From Ruegeria atlantica (GTDB lineage: Bacteria > Pseudomonadota > Alphaproteobacteria > Rhodobacterales > Rhodobacteraceae): a stretch of 40,000 nucleotides of DNA. Shown in pieces: positions 16,168 to 24,032 of this stretch (the first letter of the stretch is position 1; every line of letters starts with the position of its first letter). The stretch spans positions 1-40,000 of the forward strand of contig WQBJ01000024.1 of NCBI GenBank assembly GCA_013032095.1, written 5' to 3'. Under the pieces are notes generated by a model. The model was not told the DNA's origin, did not search any database, and saw only the letters and a list, made by a program, of their open reading frames with translations. The position numbers were made by a program, and so were the translations under genes.

Positions 16168-19100
16168 ATGTCGAATCGCACAATCAGCGCTAACCACCCC
16201 GGTTACTTCATAAAAAACAACGTTATTCCAGAAGGAGTGAGCGTCACCGCCGCTGCAAAAACACTCGGCGTAGGGAGGCCAGCGCTGTCCAATCTTCTAA
16301 ATGGAAAGTCATCCCTTTCCCCCGAGATGGCAGCTAAAATTGAAAAGGCGTTTGGTCACAGCGCAAAAGAGTTGCTCGATCTACAAAGCGCTTATGAAGC
16401 CGGCTCTAACGTCTGTAGTGCCGCCACAACAACCTCGTTTCCGTATGTACCTCCCTTCTTGGGGGCTACCGCAAATCAGATATTCGATTGGTCGCAGCGT
16501 ATATCTTCGCGTACCCGCTTTGCAGTCTTTCTAAGAACGCTTGTTCACAGTACTTGCGCTTCTACGTCTTTGGTAGACTTTCCCGGAAATGATGACGGCG
16601 AGCGACCAGGTTGGGATGGAGAGGTTGAATGCGAAACGGGTAACCCGTGGGTTCCAGTAGGGAAATCCGGCTGGGAATTCGGCACAAATGCAAACTACGC
16701 ATCCAAAGCAAACAAGGACTACAAGAAGAGTGTGAAGGCTCTAGAGGCTGAAAAGCGCAAGGGGATGACGTTCGTCTTCGTCACGCCTCATCGCTGGAAA
16801 AACAAGTCGAAATGGGAGGCGGAGAAACGTGCTGAGGGACATTGGAAGGATGTCCGTGTGTATGACGTTAGCGATCTAGAGCAATGGCTGGAGCAGTCTT
16901 TACCAGCTCAAACATGGTTCGCAAACGAAACCGGCGTCGAGTACGAAGGCACACTGTCTCTAGACCGCTGCTGGGTAAAGTGGAACGCTGACTGCAAGCC
17001 ATCCTTTACGGAGGAAATTTTCGAAGAGGCGATTTCGACAGTTGGAAAAAAGCTCTCGGACCGACTTCGCAATGACGGGGATCGAGTGGCTCGTTTGGCT
17101 GCGGACTCTGTCGAGGAAGGACTTGCTTTCTTGCATGCTCTCTTTCACCACAGTGAAGGAAAATTGGCACAACAACGCGACCGGGTCATTGTCTTCACTA
17201 AGCCCGGACCTCTCGCAAAGCTGGCTGCAAAGACCAGTCGCTTCATACCGATCATAACAAACAGAGAAGTTGAAAAGGAACTATCCGAATCAGGGCATAG
17301 ACTAGGTGGCATCGTAATCACGCCACGCACGACCGAGGGTGTCGAGAAGGATATTGTTTTGGAGCCCTTGAGTGGAGAGGCATTCCGTGTGGGTCTCGAA
17401 AAAATGGGACTTGGTCGTGATGACATATCCCGACTGGGCAACGAGTCAGGTCGTTCGCTCACGGTGCTTAGAAGACGGCTTTCAACTTCTGACGCGATAC
17501 AAAGGCCCGAGTGGAGTAACCGCAGTGATTTGGCAAAGTTCCTGTTTCCAATTCTGCTTGCTGGCGCTTGGAACTCTAGAAACAAAGCTGACTGCATTAT
17601 CCTGTGCGAGCTTGCAGGAATTGATAACTACCGTGATCTTGAAAACCAATTCGCAAAGCTGCTGAACCTCAATAGTCCGCCAGTCTGGGCTGTTGGAGGC
17701 TTCCGAGGGGTAGTCTCAAAGATTGATGCGGTCTATGCAATCCGTAGCTGGATAAGCGAAGATGAGCTCAAGCGTTTTTTCTCTGTCGCAGATTTGGTTT
17801 TGTCGGAGCGCGATCCATCCTTAGACCTTCCCGAAGAAGATCGTTGGGCAGCGCATATTTATGATAAGAAAAGAGATATTAGCGGCTCCCTTCGTGACGG
17901 GATCGCCGACAGCCTCGCATTGTTGTCCATGCATGGGAAAGAATTGTTCTTCTCACGAACAGGTTTAAACCCAGAACATCTATGTTCTAACCTTGTTAAA
18001 GGGTTGCTAGAACCGCTTACTGCGGAGCTTCTTGAATCGCAGGCTTCAGAACTACCAATCTATGCAGAGGCCGCGCCGGATACATTCCTCACTATTTTTG
18101 AGAAAGACCTTAAGACGGGCGAGCCCGTTGTGTTTTCTCTCATCCGCCCGGCAGGTACAGGTCTCTTTGAGCGAACCCCTCGTACTGGTTTGCTCTGGGC
18201 GCTCGAAAACCTTGCTTGGTCACCTATCCACTTACCGCGCGTTCTTGAAATTCTGGCGAGGCTCAGTCAGATCAAGTTGGACGACAACTGGGTAAATAAG
18301 CCAGCGGAAACGCTCCGCTCAATCTTCCGAAGTTGGTTTCCTCAGACTGGTGCGCCGCTAAAACAGCGGATAGCACTGTTGAAGAGGATGATTGCAGATC
18401 ATCCCGATGTAGCTTGGAAAATTTGCAAGGCAGAGCTTGATCCGTCTCCGGGTTTTGCTAGCCCCAATCATAAGCCGAGATGGAGAGACGATGCCTTTGG
18501 GCATGGTGAGGGGGTCACCAGAGGAGAACGTAGTGAATTTGTGGTTTTCTGCATCGAAAGCGCGCTCAACTGGCCAAGATACGACGTCGAGATTCTATGT
18601 GACCTGATCGGTTTTGAAGACTTTGTGACTGACGATCATAATAAACAGGTGTGGCGCGTTGTTAATGCATGGGCGCAAACAGCAAGTGATGTAGATAGAG
18701 CTACTCTTAGAGAGAAAATTCGAACAACAACACGCCGCACGATGCGCCGTAGGAAGCGCAAACTTAGAGATGCAGAGAGCGATACACGACGAACTAAATT
18801 AGCAAAGGATACTTACGATGCGCTCGAACCACGCGATTTAATCCAGAAGTTTTCATGGCTGTTCAAGAAGCACTGGGTGCCGGAAGCGTGGGACGAGATA
18901 GAAGATGATACCGACTATCGGAAAAGAGACGAGCGCATACAATCCCTGAGGGATGATGCGGCTCAACAGGTTTTCCAAGTGAAAGGTTTCCAAGGGTTCG
19001 TTGAACTTGCTTTTCTTGGGGAGGCCTCATGGATTGTGGGTAGGTGTGCCGGGCGTGTGTTAAACGACATTAGTGCACGAAGTGACTTTGTTCATTTTGT

Positions 19101-20244
19101 GATTTCGGAGCACTCCCTTGCCAGCACTTTCGCTGCCCGACAACTAGTTGGAGGCATGTTCGCTGAAATCGGAGCAGAGAAAGCGGTCAATACCTTGGCT
19201 ACGCTTCGCGGCAGTCTGGACCAAACAAAACTACTGGACCTGTACTGCCTTGCACCGTTCGTGATGGCGGTGTGGTTAGACTTGGGGCATTTCGACTTAG
19301 ATTTTCAGAATGACTATTGGAAGTCTGTTAGTCCGACTTGGATGCATCATTCCGAAGAGGATTTGAGGTTTGCTACTGGTAAGCTTATTGACCAGGGACG
19401 CCCAGCTGCAGCCTTTCAATTAATACATCTGGACTTAAAGTCGATTGCTTCAGTTCAGCTTTATCAGGTGCTTTTGGACATGACGACCTCAAATGAGGAG
19501 CGTGGTGCAATCCAATCGATGGAAGCATATTCCATTAAGGAAGCTATTTCGCTTTTGACAGAACGCGGGGCTCAAAGCCAAAGCGAACTGGCCCTTTTGG
19601 AGTTTCGTTACCTCGCGCTTTACCGCGATGACAAAGAAGAGGCTTTGAACTTAGAGAAAGAGATATCACAGAACCCAAGCATTTTTTGTGATGCCATTGA
19701 ATTGGCCTATAAGCGTGACGACGGCTCATCTGACAAGGACGATATCGAGGACCTAGAGACAGTCGCGACGAACGCATATCGAATGCTTGACGTGCTGAAA
19801 CGGATACCTGGCAGTCGCGACGATGGTATCGTTGACGCCGACCATCTTGAAGAATGGATAGGTGAGGCTCGTAGATTGTGTGAAAAGAAAGGGCGCAGCG
19901 ATATTGCTGACTACAGAATTGGTGAGCTCCTAAGTAATGCTAAAGTAGGCGCAGACGAAGTGTGGCCATGTGAAGGCGTCAGGGCAGTTATGGACCGTTT
20001 GATGACAGACAGCATCTCACAAGGCTTTTACATCGGCACAAAGAACTCTCGCGGTGTCCATTTCCGAGGTGAAGGAGGAGCTGAAGAGAGGAGCCTCGCC
20101 AAGAAGTATTCAGATTGGGCATCGTCCATGGAGTATGAATATCCGAACACTGCTACAGCACTCCGCACCATCTCAGACAGCTACGTGAGCGAAGCTGAGT
20201 ACGAAGATAACGAAGCAGCGATCCGCAAGCGTATGCGTTATTGA
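16168..20244 (+). CDS. Large (1358 aa) cargo protein: N-terminal HigA/VapI-type HTH fused to uncharacterised domains
   Basis: Track ORF was trimmed to the ATG at 16168 (GAGG upstream). N-terminus HPGYFIKNNVIPEGVSVTAAAKTLGVGRPALSNLLNGKSSLSPEMAAKIEKAFGHSAKELLDLQ is a typical HigA-family Xre HTH. The remaining roughly 1260 aa are mostly helical with no canonical Walker A. Confidence 0.85.
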   Translation: MSNRTISANHPGYFIKNNVIPEGVSVTAAAKTLGVGRPALSNLLNGKSSLSPEMAAKIEKAFGHSAKELLDLQSAYEAGSNVCSAATTTSFPYVPPFLGATANQIFDWSQRISSRTRFAVFLRTLVHSTCASTSLVDFPGNDDGERPGWDGEVECETGNPWVPVGKSGWEFGTNANYASKANKDYKKSVKALEAEKRKGMTFVFVTPHRWKNKSKWEAEKRAEGHWKDVRVYDVSDLEQWLEQSLPAQTWFANETGVEYEGTLSLDRCWVKWNADCKPSFTEEIFEEAISTVGKKLSDRLRNDGDRVARLAADSVEEGLAFLHALFHHSEGKLAQQRDRVIVFTKPGPLAKLAAKTSRFIPIITNREVEKELSESGHRLGGIVITPRTTEGVEKDIVLEPLSGEAFRVGLEKMGLGRDDISRLGNESGRSLTVLRRRLSTSDAIQRPEWSNRSDLAKFLFPILLAGAWNSRNKADCIILCELAGIDNYRDLENQFAKLLNLNSPPVWAVGGFRGVVSKIDAVYAIRSWISEDELKRFFSVADLVLSERDPSLDLPEEDRWAAHIYDKKRDISGSLRDGIADSLALLSMHGKELFFSRTGLNPEHLCSNLVKGLLEPLTAELLESQASELPIYAEAAPDTFLTIFEKDLKTGEPVVFSLIRPAGTGLFERTPRTGLLWALENLAWSPIHLPRVLEILARLSQIKLDDNWVNKPAETLRSIFRSWFPQTGAPLKQRIALLKRMIADHPDVAWKICKAELDPSPGFASPNHKPRWRDDAFGHGEGVTRGERSEFVVFCIESALNWPRYDVEILCDLIGFEDFVTDDHNKQVWRVVNAWAQTASDVDRATLREKIRTTTRRTMRRRKRKLRDAESDTRRTKLAKDTYDALEPRDLIQKFSWLFKKHWVPEAWDEIEDDTDYRKRDERIQSLRDDAAQQVFQVKGFQGFVELAFLGEASWIVGRCAGRVLNDISARSDFVHFVISEHSLASTFAARQLVGGMFAEIGAEKAVNTLATLRGSLDQTKLLDLYCLAPFVMAVWLDLGHFDLDFQNDYWKSVSPTWMHHSEEDLRFATGKLIDQGRPAAAFQLIHLDLKSIASVQLYQVLLDMTTSNEERGAIQSMEAYSIKEAISLLTERGAQSQSELALLEFRYLALYRDDKEEALNLEKEISQNPSIFCDAIELAYKRDDGSSDKDDIEDLETVATNAYRMLDVLKRIPGSRDDGIVDADHLEEWIGEARRLCEKKGRSDIADYRIGELLSNAKVGADEVWPCEGVRAVMDRLMTDSISQGFYIGTKNSRGVHFRGEGGAEERSLAKKYSDWASSMEYEYPNTATALRTISDSYVSEAEYEDNEAAIRKRMRY

Positions 20245-20437
20245 TGGTTGCTGGACTGAAGTAGTCTTAGCGGAACTGGAACCTAGGCAATGCTCAACGG
20301 ATCGTGAGCGTGTTCCACCTTCGACAAGGTGACCAAACTCCACGTCTGCTTTGGGTTGGGATCAGATAGGGTCGACCAATCTACACAGTGTCGCAAGGTA
20401 CAAATCAAAAAAAGCTAAAATCAAAAAAGTGGCTTCG

Positions 20438-20542
20438 AGCAGTCGATCACGATCAACGGTTGGATCAAGAAAGAAAGCCCACACATCTCTGTGCGGGCTC
20501 CTTTGAGGTGAGTAGTTATTTTCTGGCGGATATCTCTATACC
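20438..20542. repeat. Right terminal inverted repeat (105 bp)
   Basis: Exact reverse complement of 9412..9516. Confidence 0.95.
20467..20499 (-). terminator. Inward-facing intrinsic terminator-like hairpin inside the right TIR
   Basis: Mirror image of 9455..9487, so the same hairpin plus U-rich tract reads on the minus strand. Confidence 0.6.
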
Positions 20543-20560
20543 CCCCAGCGAAAGCCGGGG
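20543..20560. repeat. Right copy of target-site duplication (CCCCAGCGAAAGCCGGGG)
   Basis: Identical to and in the same orientation as 9394..9411. It is followed by CCTTTTTCTTTCC, so this copy still reads as a plus-strand terminator. Confidence 0.85.
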
Positions 20561-20615
20561 CCTTTTTCTTTCCTTCATCAGAAAAATTGCGCCAGACATG
20601 GCTTGTAGAAGTACC

Positions 20616-21152
20616 CTAGTTGTACAGCTTCAGACGGTCGAGCAAGTCTTCCGTGGCATTTACCAACGGGCGACAACTTAGCGAAACCACTTGAGTGAAA
20701 TGCCCGCTGACATAGGTCTGGACATAGTGGCCAGACCACCCGGTGCTGCAGGACCTTTTGATGTTCAACTGGTCGTTACCTTTGTAATTCACCGAATACT
20801 TGCCAAGGGAGAATTCGCTGAATGTTGAGCGGTATTCAGCCTTATGGGTAATCTTGGATATCCCCTTAAAGCTACTTTCGGGAAATGGCTCCTCGATCAG
20901 AACATTCGCTCGGTTCGGTTCCCCTAGGTAGATCGTCAGGCCGCTTGTTGGGTCAAGCGTGTAGTCAACAATCAGGGTAGTTCCAGGCGTATAACCCTTT
21001 GGGACTTCGACCTTTGGCTTCGTCACTTTGTTATCCGTGGGGACAAATCGGTTGGCCAGAACGTCGCAATGAAATCGGCCCCTGATCGGATCTTCTTGGG
21101 CCATCGACTGTTCGGGTAACAAGGTTAACAGTATAGCTAATATGGCTTTCAT
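20616..21152 (-). CDS. Hypothetical secreted protein
   Basis: 178-aa ORF with a signal-peptide-like N-terminus MKAILAILLTLLPEQSMAQE. No recognised domain. It is visibly AT-richer than the neighbouring core genes. Confidence 0.6.
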   Translation of the reverse strand: MKAILAILLTLLPEQSMAQEDPIRGRFHCDVLANRFVPTDNKVTKPKVEVPKGYTPGTTLIVDYTLDPTSGLTIYLGEPNRANVLIEEPFPESSFKGISKITHKAEYRSTFSEFSLGKYSVNYKGNDQLNIKRSCSTGWSGHYVQTYVSGHFTQVVSLSCRPLVNATEDLLDRLKLYN

Positions 21153-21356
21153 CGCGGCTACACCCCTTTGGATAGCCTAGCAAAAACGCGCGAAAAAGTC
21201 ACGATTGAACACTAGATTGGCGCGCGCGATGCTTACAGCCGCGCGGCTCTGACTGTAGCAAGCAATTGAAATTAGAGGTCTAATCTGAATGCAGAAAAGG
21301 GCCGAGAAGATTAAAATCTAACCCGACCCACAAAAGCTCAGTTCGTTTGGGGGACG

Positions 21357-21692
21357 TCAGGTTTGCAATTCGTCATAACACTCCAACGCTTTTGCAGCAT
21401 ACATCATCGACGGGCCGCCCCCCATCTGAACGGCCATTGCCAACACATCGGAAAACTCCTCTCGCGTTGCGCCCGCTTTGACCAAGGCTTCGGTGTGAAG
21501 CGTGATGCAGGGTTCACACCGGATCGCAATGGACATGCCCAGCGCAATGAACTCCTTGGTCTTGTAGTCCAACGTTCCCCCTTGTTTGACCGCAGCGCTA
21601 AGTGCACCGAATGCGCGGGTGGCGTCGGGTATCGCACCGTTGAGGTTGCGCAGACCATTGCGCGTTTCTTTAATTTTGTTGTGCCAGTTCAT
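21357..21692 (-). CDS. Carboxymuconolactone decarboxylase (AhpD-like) family protein
   Basis: The 111-aa size and the CMD-family motif region EFIALGMSIAIRCEPCITLH (C-x2-C) support the call. Confidence 0.75.
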   Translation of the reverse strand: MNWHNKIKETRNGLRNLNGAIPDATRAFGALSAAVKQGGTLDYKTKEFIALGMSIAIRCEPCITLHTEALVKAGATREEFSDVLAMAVQMGGGPSMMYAAKALECYDELQT

Positions 21693-21761
21693 GTCATCAT
21701 TCCACTTAACATTAGATAAATGGAATATGTCGTGGAGCGTTAAGCAGGGCCTTGATCTTGA

Positions 21762-22415
21762 TCAGGTGCCGGATTTTTCCGCGACAAAGGCCAGATTGTT
21801 TGCTGGCATCTCGGCGATTTTGAGGACGCTCAGACTCTGAGCTGCCATCCAGTTCGAGATGTCTCTGTCATCCTTATAGCCGATCTCGGGGTCTTGCTGA
21901 ACAAGCGCGTCATGAAACCTCTGATCGCCGTCGCTTGTGAGCTGACCCAGTCGTTTGAATGGCCCGTAGAGGATAAACCGCCCTTGAGGGGCCAACGCCC
22001 GTGCGGCTTCGGATATCAGCACCTGCGCCTCTGGCCAGCTAATCAGATGTACCAAGTTGATCAGCACGATTAGGTTCTGACCTGCGAACCCCTCGTGCCA
22101 TCCCCGTGCCGTGGCATCCAGCGTGACCGCGTTCGCGACGTTGGGTAGATCAGTTGTATAGGCGTCAATGCTGGCCCGCCGTGCCGCCTCTATCTCAGTC
22201 GGTTGCCAGTTCAGATCGGGCAGGGATCGGGCGAACGCGCTAACATGCTGGCCGGTGCCGCTGGCGATCTCCAGCGCACTGCCCGTATTGGGTGCCCAGT
22301 GTTTCAGCAAGTCACATAGCGCGTCGGCATTACGTGTCGCCGCAGGCGCGACAAGTCGTCCGTCCTGACCTTGGCTGACCACACTGGCGTTGGAGGGAAG
22401 CGTTCGTTTGCTCAT
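21762..22415 (-). CDS. SAM-dependent methyltransferase-like protein (DUF938 type)
   Basis: Track ORF was trimmed to the ATG at 22415 (MSKRTLPS...), which overlaps the upstream gene's stop as ATGA. Contains ALEIASGTGQH (SAM-binding motif I-like) and NLIVLINLVHLISW. Confidence 0.7.
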   Translation of the reverse strand: MSKRTLPSNASVVSQGQDGRLVAPAATRNADALCDLLKHWAPNTGSALEIASGTGQHVSAFARSLPDLNWQPTEIEAARRASIDAYTTDLPNVANAVTLDATARGWHEGFAGQNLIVLINLVHLISWPEAQVLISEAARALAPQGRFILYGPFKRLGQLTSDGDQRFHDALVQQDPEIGYKDDRDISNWMAAQSLSVLKIAEMPANNLAFVAEKSGT

Positions 22416-23485
22416 CAGCGCAACCTTTCCGGGCTGAGGGCAGCAATGGTATCGGCATCCAGTTCGGAGGCCGTGCCGATTGTCAAATCCGTAACCAGTT
22501 GCGATGCCGCGGGAGAAGTCTGGAACCCGTATCCGCCCTGACCCGCTGACCAGACAAAAGAAGGATCGGTCGGATCGGGTCCAAGAACCAGCGTTCCGTC
22601 GGAGACAAAGCTGCGCAGCCCGGCCCAGTTTGTTTCGACCCGGGTGACGGGTTCGGTGACCATCTCTTCGTATCGGGCCAAACCTTCGGCCAACACCATG
22701 TCGTCGGCATAGGCGTCCTGCGGCGGGACCGGATCGGCCTCGGACGGCGATACCAGAAGCTTGCCCGCGTCCGGCTTGGCATACCACGCCTCGCCCACGC
22801 CAAACAGCATCGGCCAGCCGCTGACATCATGCCCGCCCGGCGCAGGCAGGCGCGCCATCGACCTGCGTTTCGGTGTGATCCCGATCGGGGCGATCCCGGC
22901 CAGTGAGGCGATCTCATCCACCCAGGCTCCAGCAGCATTGATCAGAGTGCGGGCTTCAAAAAACTGTCCGGCGTCGACGGTCCAGTACTTGTCCTTGCGG
23001 ATGGCGGTGACCTTGGATTTGGTCACGATCTTGCCGCCATTTTTGCGAATAACCCGGGCAAAATCCTGTAGCAACCTGTCCGTGTCGATGTCGAACGCAG
23101 AGTTGCTCAGGGCTGCATGGTCAACTTTTTCCGGGTTCAAGATCGGCACCCGGGCCAGTGCCTCATCCCTAGAAATGACCTGCATGTTTAACTCGGCGGC
23201 GTCCTTTTCAAAGGCAGCGCGTTGGTCCTTGTGACCGACCAGCAATATACCACGTGGTGTTAAATACCCACCATTCGCGCTACGCAGATACGTTGCGCTC
23301 GCCCTGTTCAGTGCCACCACAGAGGGCGGGCCATAGTTTTCCTCGAACAGTGCAGCCGATCGGCCCGACGTGTGATAGCCAAGGGCATCTTCCGCCTCAA
23401 GTAAGGTCACGTGCCCGTGGTGTGACAGGCGTGCTCCGGCGCTTAGGCCTGCGATGCCTCCGCCTATGATAAGAAAATCAATCAT
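22415..23485 (-). CDS. FAD-dependent oxidoreductase (DAO family)
   Basis: N-terminal dinucleotide-binding motif MIDFLIIGGGIAGLSAGARL. The 356-aa length is typical of glycine/D-amino-acid oxidase-like enzymes. Confidence 0.8.
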   Translation of the reverse strand: MIDFLIIGGGIAGLSAGARLSHHGHVTLLEAEDALGYHTSGRSAALFEENYGPPSVVALNRASATYLRSANGGYLTPRGILLVGHKDQRAAFEKDAAELNMQVISRDEALARVPILNPEKVDHAALSNSAFDIDTDRLLQDFARVIRKNGGKIVTKSKVTAIRKDKYWTVDAGQFFEARTLINAAGAWVDEIASLAGIAPIGITPKRRSMARLPAPGGHDVSGWPMLFGVGEAWYAKPDAGKLLVSPSEADPVPPQDAYADDMVLAEGLARYEEMVTEPVTRVETNWAGLRSFVSDGTLVLGPDPTDPSFVWSAGQGGYGFQTSPAASQLVTDLTIGTASELDADTIAALSPERLR

Positions 23486-23624
23486 GTAGCCTCATTCGAT
23501 CGGGCGGCCCGGGCCGCGAATGCCAGCCAGGCGAAAGTGCCGGAACTCTGTCGGCAACTTTAAGCAGGCTTGAATTTACGCATCAACCCATCCAAAGAGG
23601 AACAAGCATAAACAGGAGGGCAGG

Positions 23625-24029
23625 GTGAGCACCGCAGATTTACACCCGATGGCCACAGGGCATATTCCGTCCTACGTGACCCAAGCGGACGGCAGTGATT
23701 TTCTTTTGACGTTCATGTTTGTTTTTACAGTTGTGGTGATCATTCTGATAGGGGTCGGATATTTCACCCTGCATTCGATCCCCGAGAAAATCGCACATGA
23801 ATCCAATCACCCTCAGTTCCAGCTGGTCGGCATTCTGGCCCTTCTGGCGCTGTTTACCCACAATGGGTTGTTCTGGGTTGCCGCCATTCTGGTGGCTGGG
23901 TTCCAGTTCCCCGACGTGGCCGCGCCGCTGAGGGCTATTGCTGACGCGATCCGATCCTTGGGCAACCCCCGGCAGGATGAGCCCACTTCAACGCCACTCA
24001 CCGAACCTACCGCGCAGCAGGAGCAGTAA
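23625..24029 (+). CDS. Small inner-membrane protein (DUF3302/YiaW-like)
   Basis: Two or three hydrophobic helices. It sits 3 nt upstream of an HlyD-family gene, as in yiaW-yiaV-type pairs. The GTG start at 23625 is uncertain; an internal ATG at codon 9 is possible. Confidence 0.55.
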   Translation: MSTADLHPMATGHIPSYVTQADGSDFLLTFMFVFTVVVIILIGVGYFTLHSIPEKIAHESNHPQFQLVGILALLALFTHNGLFWVAAILVAGFQFPDVAAPLRAIADAIRSLGNPRQDEPTSTPLTEPTAQQEQ

Positions 24030-24032
24030 GAC

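Larger units (their letters stand above)
9412..20542. mobile_element. Casposon-type self-synthesizing transposon (Cas1 casposase + PolB), 11,131 bp
   Basis: Perfect 105-bp TIRs, flanking direct duplication, Cas1 homolog, family-B DNA polymerase, HNH nuclease and HTH protein. No cas2 or CRISPR repeats. Composition differs from the flanks. Confidence 0.9.

Noticed and set aside
16657-16671. The segment VGKSG in the large cargo protein could be a Walker A P-loop.
   Set aside because: The context PWVPVGKSG does not fit [AG]-x4-G-K-[ST], because Pro sits at position -5. No convincing Walker B follows, so it is not called an NTPase.
9412-20542. The inverted repeats could mark an invertible DNA segment, a composite IS transposon or a prophage/ICE.
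   Set aside because: No invertase, DDE transposase, tyrosine or serine recombinase, or phage structural genes lie between the repeats. The direct TSD and the Cas1 plus PolB content fit a casposon instead.
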